DNA of 59,055 nt, from positions 1-59,055 of the IMG/VR virus record IMGVR_UViG_3300037961_006162; one strand, 5' to 3'. The stretch comes from a virus (Duplodnaviria; Caudoviricetes). The translations under genes and the position numbers were made by a program. The notes beneath the pieces were generated by a model. That model was not told where the DNA came from. It worked only from the letters and a program-made list of their open reading frames with translations, and made no database searches. Every line of letters starts with the position of its first letter. Position 1 is the stretch's first letter. Positions 10,024-20,271 of the stretch are shown here, one piece after another.

Positions 10024-11618
10024 TAGATTCCATACCTCTTTCTAAGTGCTTTGAAGTTTTGTTCGATTTCTGATGCTGTCAGTACTCGCTCATAAAAACT
10101 ACATCCACCAAGTGATCCATCAAAAGTGTGATAGTTACTAGATGCTTTGTGTAATATTTTAAAGAATCTTGCATTTGATCCTGAACCAGAATATGCACCA
10201 CCACCAGTATGAGATGCATCTAAACTACCATTCAAATAAATTTGCTTTTCATATGTGCTGTTGTTCAGTGTATAAACAATATTGTACCAAGTACCTGTAG
10301 ATATAGTAGCATTTCCTGTTAAATCATCAGAAGTTAAACCAAAAAACAATTTGTTACTATTATAATACCTAGAAGATAAAAGAAGTCCTTGTCTTGTAGC
10401 ATTAGTTCCATGAGTGAATAATGTATAATATTGATTAGAAGATGCTCCAAGAGTATCAAATTTAACCCAAAAACTAGCTGTCCAATTTCCTTGCAAAAAT
10501 GAATCTGTAAATACAGAATTATCTGTCATAATACCATAAGTACCATCAATATCGAAAGCAGAAGAAACTCCATCACTCACATATGATGATTTGCCAAATG
10601 TTGCTTCGGTTCTATTATTACTAAAAGTTATATTATTAATTCTAGAAGATGTAGATGCATCTCCTGCTTCTTCTGGATATTTTCTACCAAATCCCCAAAC
10701 AATTCTAGCAGCACCGGGAGCACCATTACCACCTGGTTCCTCATCAGTATTCCATCCGGCACCACCGCCACCACCACCTCCATAATTTCCACCATTTCCT
10801 GCCACTCCAGTAAAACTAGAACCAAATGTACCATTACTGCCACCAGAACCACCAATTCCACCATTTGGTGTTGGTGGTGAGCCGCCGGATCCTGATCTAT
10901 TTTGAGAAAGTAATCCAACACCTCCTCCACCTCCACCACCAGCTTTAGGAAAACTATCACTTCCTCCACCGCCACCTGCACCACCAGAACCACCATATCC
11001 ACCTATTGATGTTGAGGAAGATGCACCTGCTCCACCATTGCCAGCGTATCCACCAGCACCTCCACCTCCGCCACCATCTCCTCTTGTATTATCGGTAGCC
11101 TCTCCGCCAGCACCACCAGTTCCGCCACCATCTCTTTGCGGTCCACTACTAGGACCACCACCGCCACCAGATCCAGGTATTCCATGAGTGCCTTTGCCGC
11201 CACCACCTCCATGTAAAAGTACTGTACTACCTCTCCTTATTTGTGAAGAACCACCATTAGAACCAGCACCTGCAGGAGCAGATCCACCGCCACCACCAGT
11301 ACCAATAATAATTGTTAGGGTTTCTCCAGGTGTTACTGTAAAAGTTCCGTATGAAAGGCCTCCTCCACCTCCACCACAACCACCTTCTTCATCATTATTT
11401 CCATTACTATCTCCACCAGCACCTCCTCCACCTGCACCCACTACAACAGCAGAGACTTGTGTTACTCCATCAGGTACAGTCCAAGTGCTAGTTCCTGTTG
11501 AAGTAAATAACTGTTGTCCAAATGTACCTTCACTCGAATTATATGACTTTACATTTGCAGCATCAATACAAAATGCAAGTCCAATAGTAACCGTTTTTGG
11601 ATTATATCCAACTGCCAT
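10023..11618 (-). CDS. LamG domain protein with inserted glycine-rich domain
   Basis: LamG-type N-terminus (FCIDAANVKSY) and C-terminus (WYNIVYT, VLTASEIEQNF) flank ~290 aa of Gly-rich sequence. Confidence 0.75.
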   Translation of the reverse strand: MAVGYNPKTVTIGLAFCIDAANVKSYNSSEGTFGQQLFTSTGTSTWTVPDGVTQVSAVVVGAGGGGAGGDSNGNNDEEGGCGGGGGGLSYGTFTVTPGETLTIIIGTGGGGGSAPAGAGSNGGSSQIRRGSTVLLHGGGGGKGTHGIPGSGGGGGPSSGPQRDGGGTGGAGGEATDNTRGDGGGGGGAGGYAGNGGAGASSSTSIGGYGGSGGAGGGGGSDSFPKAGGGGGGGVGLLSQNRSGSGGSPPTPNGGIGGSGGSNGTFGSSFTGVAGNGGNYGGGGGGGAGWNTDEEPGGNGAPGAARIVWGFGRKYPEEAGDASTSSRINNITFSNNRTEATFGKSSYVSDGVSSAFDIDGTYGIMTDNSVFTDSFLQGNWTASFWVKFDTLGASSNQYYTLFTHGTNATRQGLLLSSRYYNSNKLFFGLTSDDLTGNATISTGTWYNIVYTLNNSTYEKQIYLNGSLDASHTGGGAYSGSGSNARFFKILHKASSNYHTFDGSLGGCSFYERVLTASEIEQNFKALRKRYGI

Positions 11619-11638
11619 TATCTTTCAATATTTTCTTA

Positions 11639-11645
11639 TATTTAT
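11639..11645 (-). promoter_or_regulatory. T4-like late promoter (ATAAATA)
   Basis: 20 nt upstream of the ATG at 11618. Confidence 0.6.
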
Positions 11646-11851
11646 CAATATTCGTCAGAATTTTTTATTGTTCTTTTTGACTTCTTTTCTAATTCTGATA
11701 TTTTTTCATTCAATGATTCTATAGTTTGTCTATATTTTAACTCTCTTGCTTCTAGTGCGACATTTTGATTTATGAAATCAAAAAGTTTAGCTTGATAAAC
11801 AGAAATCAAATTCTTATAATCTTGTTCATCCATAATATCAGAATGCTCCAC
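11645..11851 (-). CDS. Small coiled-coil protein (possible fibre chaperone)
   Basis: Heptad-rich sequence; overlaps the end of the fibre gene; true start may be MDEQDY. Confidence 0.6.
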   Translation of the reverse strand: MEHSDIMDEQDYKNLISVYQAKLFDFINQNVALEARELKYRQTIESLNEKISELEKKSKRTIKNSDEY

Positions 11852-13595
11852 AATCTATCGTTGCATTATTGATGACTACTTCATTATTAGTACAACCAAT
11901 AACCTCTACAGCAGAACCAGTGCATCCATTTACATATAAAGAAGCAACTTCCAATGCGCCACTAGTGTTATTAGTAAGAACTCCAGTATTTTCTGAAACA
12001 TCGGCAGAAACAACAATTCTTGAAACACTATCATCCCAGTATACTGCTGCCTTTTTAGCAACACCACCAGGACCAGCAGTAAAGTAATTTAAAAGAATAC
12101 CAACATCCTTATTCAGATCACTTCCTGGAGCACTACCACTAACTGTACCAAGATCAAGAAGTTGATCATCAATTGTTGAAATTGTACTTTTGACAGTTGT
12201 AGTGCTGCCATTAACAATTAAATTGCCACCAACAGTTAGATGATTTCCAATAGTAACATCATTGGGAAGACCGATCGTAATGGTCTGGTTTGATGCTACG
12301 GTCTCAATCTCATTAGCAGTACCAGCAATCGTAAGTGATTGAGAATCCAAATCAACTGCACCAGTTCCAGAATCACCGGCAACATCGAGATCTTGTGCTG
12401 TTACTTGGGAGTCAACATATGCTTTAATTGACTGTTGAGTTGCTAGAGCATCTGCTCTATCAGATGTCATAGCATCTTCATCAAGAATTGCTGTAACAGC
12501 AACTCCAGCCATACTTAAATTACTGATTGTAAGAAGATTGGAACTAGGATTGTATGTAATGCCAGCATCAGTTTTAACACTTTCTTGAGTTTCAGACGCA
12601 TTATTAGAATCTACAAATGTAATATAGTGCGCTTGATCAATATCAGTACTCGCTACTGCAACAGAAGATCCACCATCAGATGTTACTGTAACAATGCCTG
12701 ACGATAATGCAGAAACATTCAGTCCAGATCCAAAATCAATTGTTCCTGCAGATCCGACAACTGAACCAGAATCTTTAACTGGAACTAAAATTGGTGTTGG
12801 TGTGCCAGTAACAGTAACAACACCAGCAGAAGCTGGACTTACTGTGAGGTTAGCACCAAAGTCAATTGTCCCTGCAGCTCCTATAAGAGTGCCATTATCC
12901 TCAATAATGATTGAGGATCCTCCACCCCCACCACCAGAGATAAGATTTGTACTAATAGAAGTAATTCTTCCATTAGAAACCGTGATTGATGGTGATACTG
13001 AAGAACTACCATAGGTTCCATCTGGAACAGTAACTGTTCCAGTCAGGCCAATACCTGATCCTGTGAATGTTGTAGCAGTGAGAGCATTACCAACAATTAC
13101 ATTATCTCGAAGTCCAATTTGAATTTGGTCATCAGATACTGTAGTTTCTATCTCATTTACCGTACCTGCAAAGGTTAATGTATCTCCAGTACTAAAAGCA
13201 TCATTAGATCCATTATCAGCAGCAAGAGTAAATGATGATGCTGCAGGTGATGCGAATGTTAAATTTCCTGCGCCATCAGTTTTTAAAACATCATTTGCAT
13301 TACCATCAGTTCCAGGCATTGTATAAGTTACAATGCCAGAAAGAGTATTTGGCGATTTAAGTGTAATATAATCCGTTCCGCTATTTGTTCCCTCTACAAG
13401 GTTAACGCCACTACCAACCGTTGTTGAGTTTACCGACCAATATCTTCCAGAACCTACAAACTGGTTATTTGATACTTCTGATGTAAGACCCACATAAAAA
13501 TCATAACTATCTGTAGTAAATCCAGGTTCTCCAGCTCTTAATCCAGGAAGATTTGCAAGAAGACCTCTTTTTACCTGAAGAATAGGAGCAGCCAT
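11838..13595 (-). CDS. Tail-fibre-like protein (Mtd-type N-terminal anchor)
   Basis: LQVKRG...LRAGEPGFTTD; duplicated GxAGTIDFG and AGTxNEIET modules; ends IDCGAF. Confidence 0.72.
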   Translation of the reverse strand: MAAPILQVKRGLLANLPGLRAGEPGFTTDSYDFYVGLTSEVSNNQFVGSGRYWSVNSTTVGSGVNLVEGTNSGTDYITLKSPNTLSGIVTYTMPGTDGNANDVLKTDGAGNLTFASPAASSFTLAADNGSNDAFSTGDTLTFAGTVNEIETTVSDDQIQIGLRDNVIVGNALTATTFTGSGIGLTGTVTVPDGTYGSSSVSPSITVSNGRITSISTNLISGGGGGGSSIIIEDNGTLIGAAGTIDFGANLTVSPASAGVVTVTGTPTPILVPVKDSGSVVGSAGTIDFGSGLNVSALSSGIVTVTSDGGSSVAVASTDIDQAHYITFVDSNNASETQESVKTDAGITYNPSSNLLTISNLSMAGVAVTAILDEDAMTSDRADALATQQSIKAYVDSQVTAQDLDVAGDSGTGAVDLDSQSLTIAGTANEIETVASNQTITIGLPNDVTIGNHLTVGGNLIVNGSTTTVKSTISTIDDQLLDLGTVSGSAPGSDLNKDVGILLNYFTAGPGGVAKKAAVYWDDSVSRIVVSADVSENTGVLTNNTSGALEVASLYVNGCTGSAVEVIGCTNNEVVINNATIDCGAF

Positions 13596-13624
13596 TTTAT
13601 CCCAGATAGAGGTTTATTTTTTAT

Positions 13625-13632
13625 TATTTATA
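13625..13632 (-). promoter_or_regulatory. T4 late promoter (TATAAATA)
   Basis: Exact T4 late consensus upstream of 13595. Confidence 0.7.
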
Positions 13633-13647
13633 TTTCTTATAGAAGGG

Positions 13648-13884
13648 CTAAAATCCCCCACCATCAAAATCATAATCAAAGGCTTGGAGATCTCCAAGTT
13701 CTTGTTCTACCTGATCAATAAAATCTTCTGGAATAGGAGTTTCTGTAGATTTGATAAGAACATCATCAACTGATACTACTTCAAATTTATCAGTTGTAGC
13801 ATTATATTTTAATACATATTTATTTTTAGTACTATCAAGAGGTGATACGTTTGCGTCTGATAAGTCTCTTACTCTAGTTGACAT
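13648..13884 (-). CDS. Small acidic virion-associated protein, paralog of 13884..14198
   Basis: LKYNATTDKF...PEDFIDQV...FDGGGF. Confidence 0.65.
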   Translation of the reverse strand: MSTRVRDLSDANVSPLDSTKNKYVLKYNATTDKFEVVSVDDVLIKSTETPIPEDFIDQVEQELGDLQAFDYDFDGGGF

Positions 13885-14198
13885 TAGAATGCTCCTGCAT
13901 CAAGATTACCTGAAGCAACAGTAATTTCATCTCCGATCTGTTCAATGAAAGCATCTGGTAAATCATTGTCATCAACTGATGTCAACAACATAGAATCTGG
14001 TGTAACCAATATAAACTTATCATTATCACTATCATACGAAACAATCGAACCATCATCAGAACTATCTAAAGTCCCAAAAGCAGTATCACCCATTTCTCTA
14101 ATTGTGGATGGTTGTCTTGTCGTACTGACAGTTACTTTTGCTGATGTTTTTCTTTTTGTTACAGTACCTGAAGAGTCTGATTTTCTAACTAATGGCAT
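13884..14198 (-). CDS. Small acidic virion-associated protein, paralog of 13648..13884
   Basis: VSYDSDNDKF...PDAFIEQI...LDAGAF. Confidence 0.65.
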   Translation of the reverse strand: MPLVRKSDSSGTVTKRKTSAKVTVSTTRQPSTIREMGDTAFGTLDSSDDGSIVSYDSDNDKFILVTPDSMLLTSVDDNDLPDAFIEQIGDEITVASGNLDAGAF

Positions 14199-14203
14199 AA
14201 GAC

Positions 14204-14542
14204 TTAATTGGTAGTGATTCCTGCTGTCACAAAAGCCATACCCTCAACTAATCTTGAAACAGCACCTGATGGAGAAACCAATCTTACATCATAAACATGT
14301 CTACCAGGTGTTAGTCCAACAGTAGTTCCAGATGTCATTGCAATAGAAACTTCACCCACACCAGATACAATACTCACCGAAAATGAAGTTGAGGTAGTTG
14401 CCCCTGGGTGTTTTTTTAAAATGGCAGCACCAGTGTAACCAGCAAGATTTGATAGAGATCCATCAGATTCTGTCGAAACAAAAGTTTCTGAAAAATCTGA
14501 ACCTTGTGGGATAGAAATATTAAAAACTGGATTAACTGCCAT
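14204..14542 (-). CDS. BppU-N-like small beta-sandwich structural/adaptor protein
   Basis: ISIPQGSDF...NLAGYTG...GRHVYDV...RLVEG pattern typical of this family. Confidence 0.6.
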   Translation of the reverse strand: MAVNPVFNISIPQGSDFSETFVSTESDGSLSNLAGYTGAAILKKHPGATTSTSFSVSIVSGVGEVSIAMTSGTTVGLTPGRHVYDVRLVSPSGAVSRLVEGMAFVTAGITTN

Positions 14543-14562
14543 TATTCAAATATATTTTTAAC

Positions 14563-14569
14563 TATTTAT
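14563..14569 (-). promoter_or_regulatory. T4-like late promoter (ATAAATA)
   Basis: Upstream of 14542. Confidence 0.6.
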
Positions 14570-14590
14570 TATTTGATAGTCTGAATAAAT

Positions 14591-15886
14591 TTATTCTGAT
14601 CCAAACGTGGTGTTATATTCGGGGAAAGATCTACCCGTCTCAACACCTGCTGTTGGGTTTCCACCAAATATAATTCTTACAACACCATTGGCACCATGAC
14701 CTCCGGTTTGTCCAATTGTGATTGTATCATCATGAGCATAATGTGTTGCTCCACCTCCTCCTCCACCAAATTGTCCTCCTTCTCCACCCCTGGTCGTTGT
14801 CCAACCGATAGTATCTCCGTTTGAATGAAATGGGGGAGTTTCGTGTGCCGTTCTTCCACCTAAGTAAATGTATCCAGAAGAACCACCATACTCACCAAGA
14901 CTTGTATCATATAATGTGCTGGTGGGGGTCCGACCTGAACCACCTTCTCCTGGGTGACCTCCATCTCCACCATTTTTGGTCTGATCATAAGTACCGTTAT
15001 AATCACGATATGGGTGATAAACACCGACTCCACCCCCACCATTAGAATGTGCCTGTATCAAATTGCCAGCCCCATAAATGTTATGTCTATCATATCCACC
15101 TCCACTTCCACCACCAAAGGTAGAACCAAAACCATCACCATTCTGACCAGCGTTGTTAGAACCACCTGAACCTAGTCCAACATGGAGGGCAGGGTCCGAT
15201 CCGTAAGAATATCCACCTGCACCACCTCCTCCACCACCTTCATTCCACCATTCACCATCACCACCACTACCTCCTGTCTGCCCACCTTCTCTTTCTGTTC
15301 CCCCAGTACTTCCACCACTACCACCATCAGCATCAGTTGAATAAGTGTTATGAATACCTGCTCTACCGCCCCCACCTTCAAGAAGAACTGTAGCACCTCT
15401 GAGTATCTTAGAATCTCCCCCATGTTGACCACTTCCAGCAGCAGCACGTAAACCTTGAGGTTTGAATAAATCCCCACCAGTACCTCCATAACCAACTCGA
15501 ATTGTCAACGTTTCTCCAGGAGTAACTGAAAATGTTCCGTAAGCAAGTCCACCACCTCCTCCACCACCTCCGCCAGTCTCCGCGTAATTGTTAGGAATAC
15601 TTGAATGTGCGGCCCCATACTGATTTGGGAAGGTCTCACCATCAAGATCTCTTTTATTATGACTTGCTGAGGCACCACCTCCCCCACCAACACAAACAGC
15701 AGAGATATATGTTACTCCATTGGGAACAACAAATGTATCAGACAAATATTGAGAACTATCCGTATCAGTGTTGAAGTTGCTACCATCCGCAATATAAACA
15801 GCATGACCCATTGGGTGAGGCCCACCTGTATGGGTATCTCCAGAAAATCCAAGTTTAAGGTGATATGAATTTGAAATTGGTGACAT
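14591..15886 (-). CDS. Glycine-rich adhesin-like protein
   Basis: FVVPNGVTYISAVCVGGGGG, polyG runs, GANGVVRII; paralogous to the insert in 10023..11618; follows a fibre gene. Confidence 0.7.
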   Translation of the reverse strand: MSPISNSYHLKLGFSGDTHTGGPHPMGHAVYIADGSNFNTDTDSSQYLSDTFVVPNGVTYISAVCVGGGGGASASHNKRDLDGETFPNQYGAAHSSIPNNYAETGGGGGGGGGLAYGTFSVTPGETLTIRVGYGGTGGDLFKPQGLRAAAGSGQHGGDSKILRGATVLLEGGGGRAGIHNTYSTDADGGSGGSTGGTEREGGQTGGSGGDGEWWNEGGGGGGAGGYSYGSDPALHVGLGSGGSNNAGQNGDGFGSTFGGGSGGGYDRHNIYGAGNLIQAHSNGGGGVGVYHPYRDYNGTYDQTKNGGDGGHPGEGGSGRTPTSTLYDTSLGEYGGSSGYIYLGGRTAHETPPFHSNGDTIGWTTTRGGEGGQFGGGGGGATHYAHDDTITIGQTGGHGANGVVRIIFGGNPTAGVETGRSFPEYNTTFGSE

Positions 15887-15922
15887 ATTTTTTTCTCCGA
15901 TTATGTTACAAATAAAAATAAA

Positions 15923-17896
15923 TTATAAAGCCGAGTTTTGAACACTAGCATAGATTTGCCAACCAGTATTGGAAACACTAGTACGTAGAATAGTAAATGT
16001 ATATACATCAAATCCACTACTTGAACCTGATGTTGGAGCAACTCCATTTGTCCAATATACACTGCTCTGGGAATATCCATCAATGTAGATCCCATTGCTA
16101 GCATCGGAAATATATGGTGATTGGGTGGCTGAACAAGTAAGGATTAAAATAACAGTACACGACTCACCTACGGCCATATGATCAGCAAGATCAGTACCGT
16201 CACTATACGTAATTTTAGTTAATGCTTTGATAGTCCCATTTAAGGAAGTACATCGATGAATCATCCCATGTTGAAGTTCAATACGTTGACTTAAGTTAGT
16301 AGTACTAAAAAGTCCATTAGTTGCTGTATTTGTAACAAATTTTTCTTTTACTAATCCAGTAGCATGAATCTCGGACTTGATAGCATCTACAGTCAACTCA
16401 TTATCTGTAGCATTATACAATAGATTTGCATTGGTCTTCAGATCTCTACCGACAGTACTGGAAGTGGTACTATAGTCATTAAAAATTAAATATCCTGTGC
16501 CAGAAGTATCATTTGTCACCTTAACTTTTGTTGATACATCAGCAGTTCCTGTTAGATCACCATAAAAATTTGGAGAAGTAACAGAACCAATACCCGAGGG
16601 AGTAAAGAAACTTGATGCAGTAGTAACACCTGAGGAAGCAAATATGTGCCTATCAATAAACAAATCTCCAAAAGTATTCCACTCTGGACGACCCGTACTG
16701 AGTTTTGAATATGTAACTTGAAGATCATTAAGTGTTACATTACCATCAAATGATGTTCCAGTAACAATACCAGTAACATCAATACCAGAAGAATTAATTG
16801 TTACTGCAGTTCCTACCTTAAATTCTGTTGCTGTTGCAACTCCAGAAACATATAAGTCGCCTCCATCATTCCATACTGGACCTCCAGTACTGAGCATTGA
16901 TGTTGTAATGAAGTTATCAGGAATACTAAGTTCTCCTGGACCTAGAATAAAGACAGTTGCAACACCAGCACTTGAATCATATTGTGATGTGGAGATACCA
17001 GGGCCTTTTAGATGTAAAAACGTTATTCCATAACCAACGGTATTGTTATCATTTGTTTGAATTCCAACACCCGAAATAGTATTGTCAAGATTTGCACCAT
17101 CACCATAAAATGCTGTTGCACTAATGATTCCACTGGAACCATACATTGTAATTGCAGATCCAACAGAAGAAATGCCAGAAACATCTAAGTTTCCTGTTAT
17201 ATCAAGATCCCCAGCAGACATTGTAACATTTCCAGATGTTACAGTAAAATCTCCAGAGGATATGGTAGTAGCACCAGATACATTTAATCCACCGTTTGCA
17301 TCAATAGCACCAGTAAATGTAGAAGCACCAGAAACATTTACATCATCAAGTTCAGTGTGTCCATCAATATCAACATTGTTATTAAAGTCTGCAGCACCAG
17401 TGAACGTAGAAAGACCAGAAACAGTCAACGATTCGTCTATGGTCGTTGATCCGCCGATTGATAGATTTCCACCACCAGTTATACTTCCACCACCAGTTAT
17501 ATTTCCAGTAGCTTCAAAATCACCATAGGAATAAATTGCAGTTTGTCCTGTACTTACTGATGAATTGACATCCAACGAGTATCTAGGAACGTTTGATCCA
17601 ATACCAACAGAACCACTTGCAACTAATGCTGTTAATACAGTTCCTCCTGTACCAACCTTAAGATCTTCTGCAATATTCGCATCAGTCAGACTTGCAGATG
17701 CGAATGTACCGATACCAGTAGAATATATGTGCCTATTATAAACATCCCTACTACGAACATCACCATCATAAAGATCGAGATCGTACTCTGGAACTGTTGA
17801 TCCAATACCAACTTTTTGTGTGTCAATATCTGCAAAAATGAGGCCTTGATTAACCTCTAGTCCATTCTTTACTACAAAACTCTTGCTTACTCCCAT
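15923..17896 (-). CDS. Tail-fibre-like protein
   Basis: KSFVVKNGLEV start; VGIGS repeats; beta-helix-like repeats; C-terminal W.NG.AP....GFDVYTFTI domain. Confidence 0.7.
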   Translation of the reverse strand: MGVSKSFVVKNGLEVNQGLIFADIDTQKVGIGSTVPEYDLDLYDGDVRSRDVYNRHIYSTGIGTFASASLTDANIAEDLKVGTGGTVLTALVASGSVGIGSNVPRYSLDVNSSVSTGQTAIYSYGDFEATGNITGGGSITGGGNLSIGGSTTIDESLTVSGLSTFTGAADFNNNVDIDGHTELDDVNVSGASTFTGAIDANGGLNVSGATTISSGDFTVTSGNVTMSAGDLDITGNLDVSGISSVGSAITMYGSSGIISATAFYGDGANLDNTISGVGIQTNDNNTVGYGITFLHLKGPGISTSQYDSSAGVATVFILGPGELSIPDNFITTSMLSTGGPVWNDGGDLYVSGVATATEFKVGTAVTINSSGIDVTGIVTGTSFDGNVTLNDLQVTYSKLSTGRPEWNTFGDLFIDRHIFASSGVTTASSFFTPSGIGSVTSPNFYGDLTGTADVSTKVKVTNDTSGTGYLIFNDYSTTSSTVGRDLKTNANLLYNATDNELTVDAIKSEIHATGLVKEKFVTNTATNGLFSTTNLSQRIELQHGMIHRCTSLNGTIKALTKITYSDGTDLADHMAVGESCTVILILTCSATQSPYISDASNGIYIDGYSQSSVYWTNGVAPTSGSSSGFDVYTFTILRTSVSNTGWQIYASVQNSAL

Positions 17897-17930
17897 GGGT
17901 TCACTATCCCCCTTGCTTTTGTATTTTTTC

Positions 17931-17937
17931 TATTTAT
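17931..17937 (-). promoter_or_regulatory. T4-like late promoter (ATAAATA)
   Basis: Intergenic upstream of 17896. Confidence 0.55.
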
Positions 17938-17940
17938 TAT

Positions 17941-20271
17941 TTATCTAACAACATCAATTGTACAACTTCTAATAAAGGTATTATATCCACTTGATCTATT
18001 AAACCAAACTCTAAATTGGTTTGAATTTATTTTTTGAATTTGTCCAACATACATACCACGATCTCCCCAAGGCGGACCGCCACCTGCCGTAACAGTGGAA
18101 ATATCACTTATCTTAATATCAGAACATTGTTGATTCATTGTAATCAGATAGTGTTTTGCATTTAAATTTCCTTCAGCATTATACCATCTATCTCTAGCAC
18201 GTACTCCCTGTGCCTCAATATTTTTAATAGAACCACTAAAAGTGAGAGAAGTTGTTATGTTACTGCTATTAATAAATGAATGTGAAAATGTCCCAGTTGG
18301 AGGTAATGGTGGTGCAATTCTAAAAACTAGTCTACCAACATCTCTAGTGCTTCCTCCCTGTACGGAATTTACTACAACTACGTCTGAAGCATGATATCCT
18401 GATCCTCCTCCACCTCCACCACCAGCTGTTCCACCGCCACCACCAGTTGCTCCAATTCCTCCATCACCACCATCACTAATACCACCACCTCTAACGGCAC
18501 GATATGCACCAGTTCCAGGTTTCCATCCTCGCATAATGCTGGCGGTACTGTTACTAACTTCTACACCACTACCGTGTCTGTAACGTACAAGACCTACGTC
18601 TTGACATGGAGAAAATCCCTGTTGTCTCCAATAATTGCCAATTGGACACCTAACAGTTCTTCCACCGTCTGGAAAGTTTGCTCTTGGTTCAATGTCTCGT
18701 GGTTGATTGTTACTCGAACCAGATACTCCATTTTGATTTAATCCTTCAGGAGTAATGTATGCTCCCCCACGACCCATATTATGAAATCCACTGATACCGG
18801 CTGCAGGATTTGATGCTCCATTACCATCCTTGCCTGGATTGGATACTCCACCACCTTCTCCACCGTTTCCATATTTTCCAGCATCCCCACCAGATGCAGT
18901 TACAGCAATGAGTCTTGACTTTTTGAATACAAAAAATTGTGCAATAAAATGACCAGCAATTGCATATTCGGTATCTTTCTCTACAACAAATCGAACTACA
19001 GAATATCCACCACTTCCTCCCTGGAAGTCACCTCGATTCCTACCTTTTGGACCAAACATCTCAAGTTCTACTTCAACATCTCTGTCGGGAGAGTAAAATG
19101 TAATATTTTGATATTCAGTGCTTCTATCAATGATATATTCTACTCCATCTTGCAAATCAACAGACTCAAGTTTTGCTGTTGTTCCATTTCTTATCGGATG
19201 ATATTCAAAGTTAAGATTAGCTCTGTTGACAGTTGAAATAAAATCTAATTCAACAGCGTCACTAACAATTGGAGAATTGGATGCTGTTGGGTGTGTTATT
19301 ACACATTTTAGATTGTACTTACTTACATTACCAGAAAGAATAGTTAAGGTTTGAGTTTTTGCTCCAGAAACTTCTACTGCACCACCACTTGATCCAACAC
19401 TAGGATCTTGATCCAAACTCAGTGTTGGAAAATAATAATTTGAGGAATATGAAGAAGGTGTGGCAAGTGCCGTGCATTTAAGGTCAAGATTTGTAGATGG
19501 ATTTTCAGAATCGTTAACAATAGCAAAACGATTTTGAAGGAAAATATATAAAGGTCTTCCAGCTGCTTGGTAATTTCTTAAAGTACAGAAATGTCTACCA
19601 TTCTTATATAAATTTACTGCTCCTAATTCAGAATTTACAACAACTCCTATAATATCACCAGAAACAAATCTAAAATCTGTAGGAGAAAACTGAGGATTAC
19701 GTTGAAATGTAGTTCTTGTTCTTTCACCAAAAAGAAAACCTCTCGCTCCAAACCAAGGAGCCATTCTTACACCTGTAGACGAATCCCAATTAGTGCCAGT
19801 AACAATTCTTTGACTTGTTTCACCAACTGATGAGGCTACTATTTGTTTTTGTGGAAAATTTAAATGCGTAAAATCAGCAACACCAAAAAAACCACGATAA
19901 TCGAGCCAATCACCATTTACTTGAAATTCAGCAAAATATTTGTCATCCTCAAGTGGTGTATCAAATTCAACTCTATTTCCATTTCTAAATCCCTCTTGTA
20001 AAACATATGGACCAACAAAGGCCTCTTTTGAACCTATAGTGCCACAAGAAAATCCATAATCACCAGGTAAAAGAAATCTATCCGATGCATTACGAACATT
20101 GGGTGAATAGAAAAAACTACTAATTTCGGATTTTGTTGGAACAGCAGTACCATCAATTAAATCAACACCATCAATTTGCCACTGATATGTAATATCTTCA
20201 TTTGTATTATCGGAAACTTGTGCGACGGTTGTAAATACCGAAGGACTTCCTGCAGATACTTGTCTTGCCAT
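17941..20271 (-). CDS. Virion protein: Ig-like domain with SPRY-like insert plus Gly-rich domain
   Basis: ITYQWQIDG ... SGAKTQTLTI ... KCVITHP; GDIIGVVVN..LYKNG (SPRY-like); Gly-rich C-terminal half. Confidence 0.65.
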   Translation of the reverse strand: MARQVSAGSPSVFTTVAQVSDNTNEDITYQWQIDGVDLIDGTAVPTKSEISSFFYSPNVRNASDRFLLPGDYGFSCGTIGSKEAFVGPYVLQEGFRNGNRVEFDTPLEDDKYFAEFQVNGDWLDYRGFFGVADFTHLNFPQKQIVASSVGETSQRIVTGTNWDSSTGVRMAPWFGARGFLFGERTRTTFQRNPQFSPTDFRFVSGDIIGVVVNSELGAVNLYKNGRHFCTLRNYQAAGRPLYIFLQNRFAIVNDSENPSTNLDLKCTALATPSSYSSNYYFPTLSLDQDPSVGSSGGAVEVSGAKTQTLTILSGNVSKYNLKCVITHPTASNSPIVSDAVELDFISTVNRANLNFEYHPIRNGTTAKLESVDLQDGVEYIIDRSTEYQNITFYSPDRDVEVELEMFGPKGRNRGDFQGGSGGYSVVRFVVEKDTEYAIAGHFIAQFFVFKKSRLIAVTASGGDAGKYGNGGEGGGVSNPGKDGNGASNPAAGISGFHNMGRGGAYITPEGLNQNGVSGSSNNQPRDIEPRANFPDGGRTVRCPIGNYWRQQGFSPCQDVGLVRYRHGSGVEVSNSTASIMRGWKPGTGAYRAVRGGGISDGGDGGIGATGGGGGTAGGGGGGGSGYHASDVVVVNSVQGGSTRDVGRLVFRIAPPLPPTGTFSHSFINSSNITTSLTFSGSIKNIEAQGVRARDRWYNAEGNLNAKHYLITMNQQCSDIKISDISTVTAGGGPPWGDRGMYVGQIQKINSNQFRVWFNRSSGYNTFIRSCTIDVVR

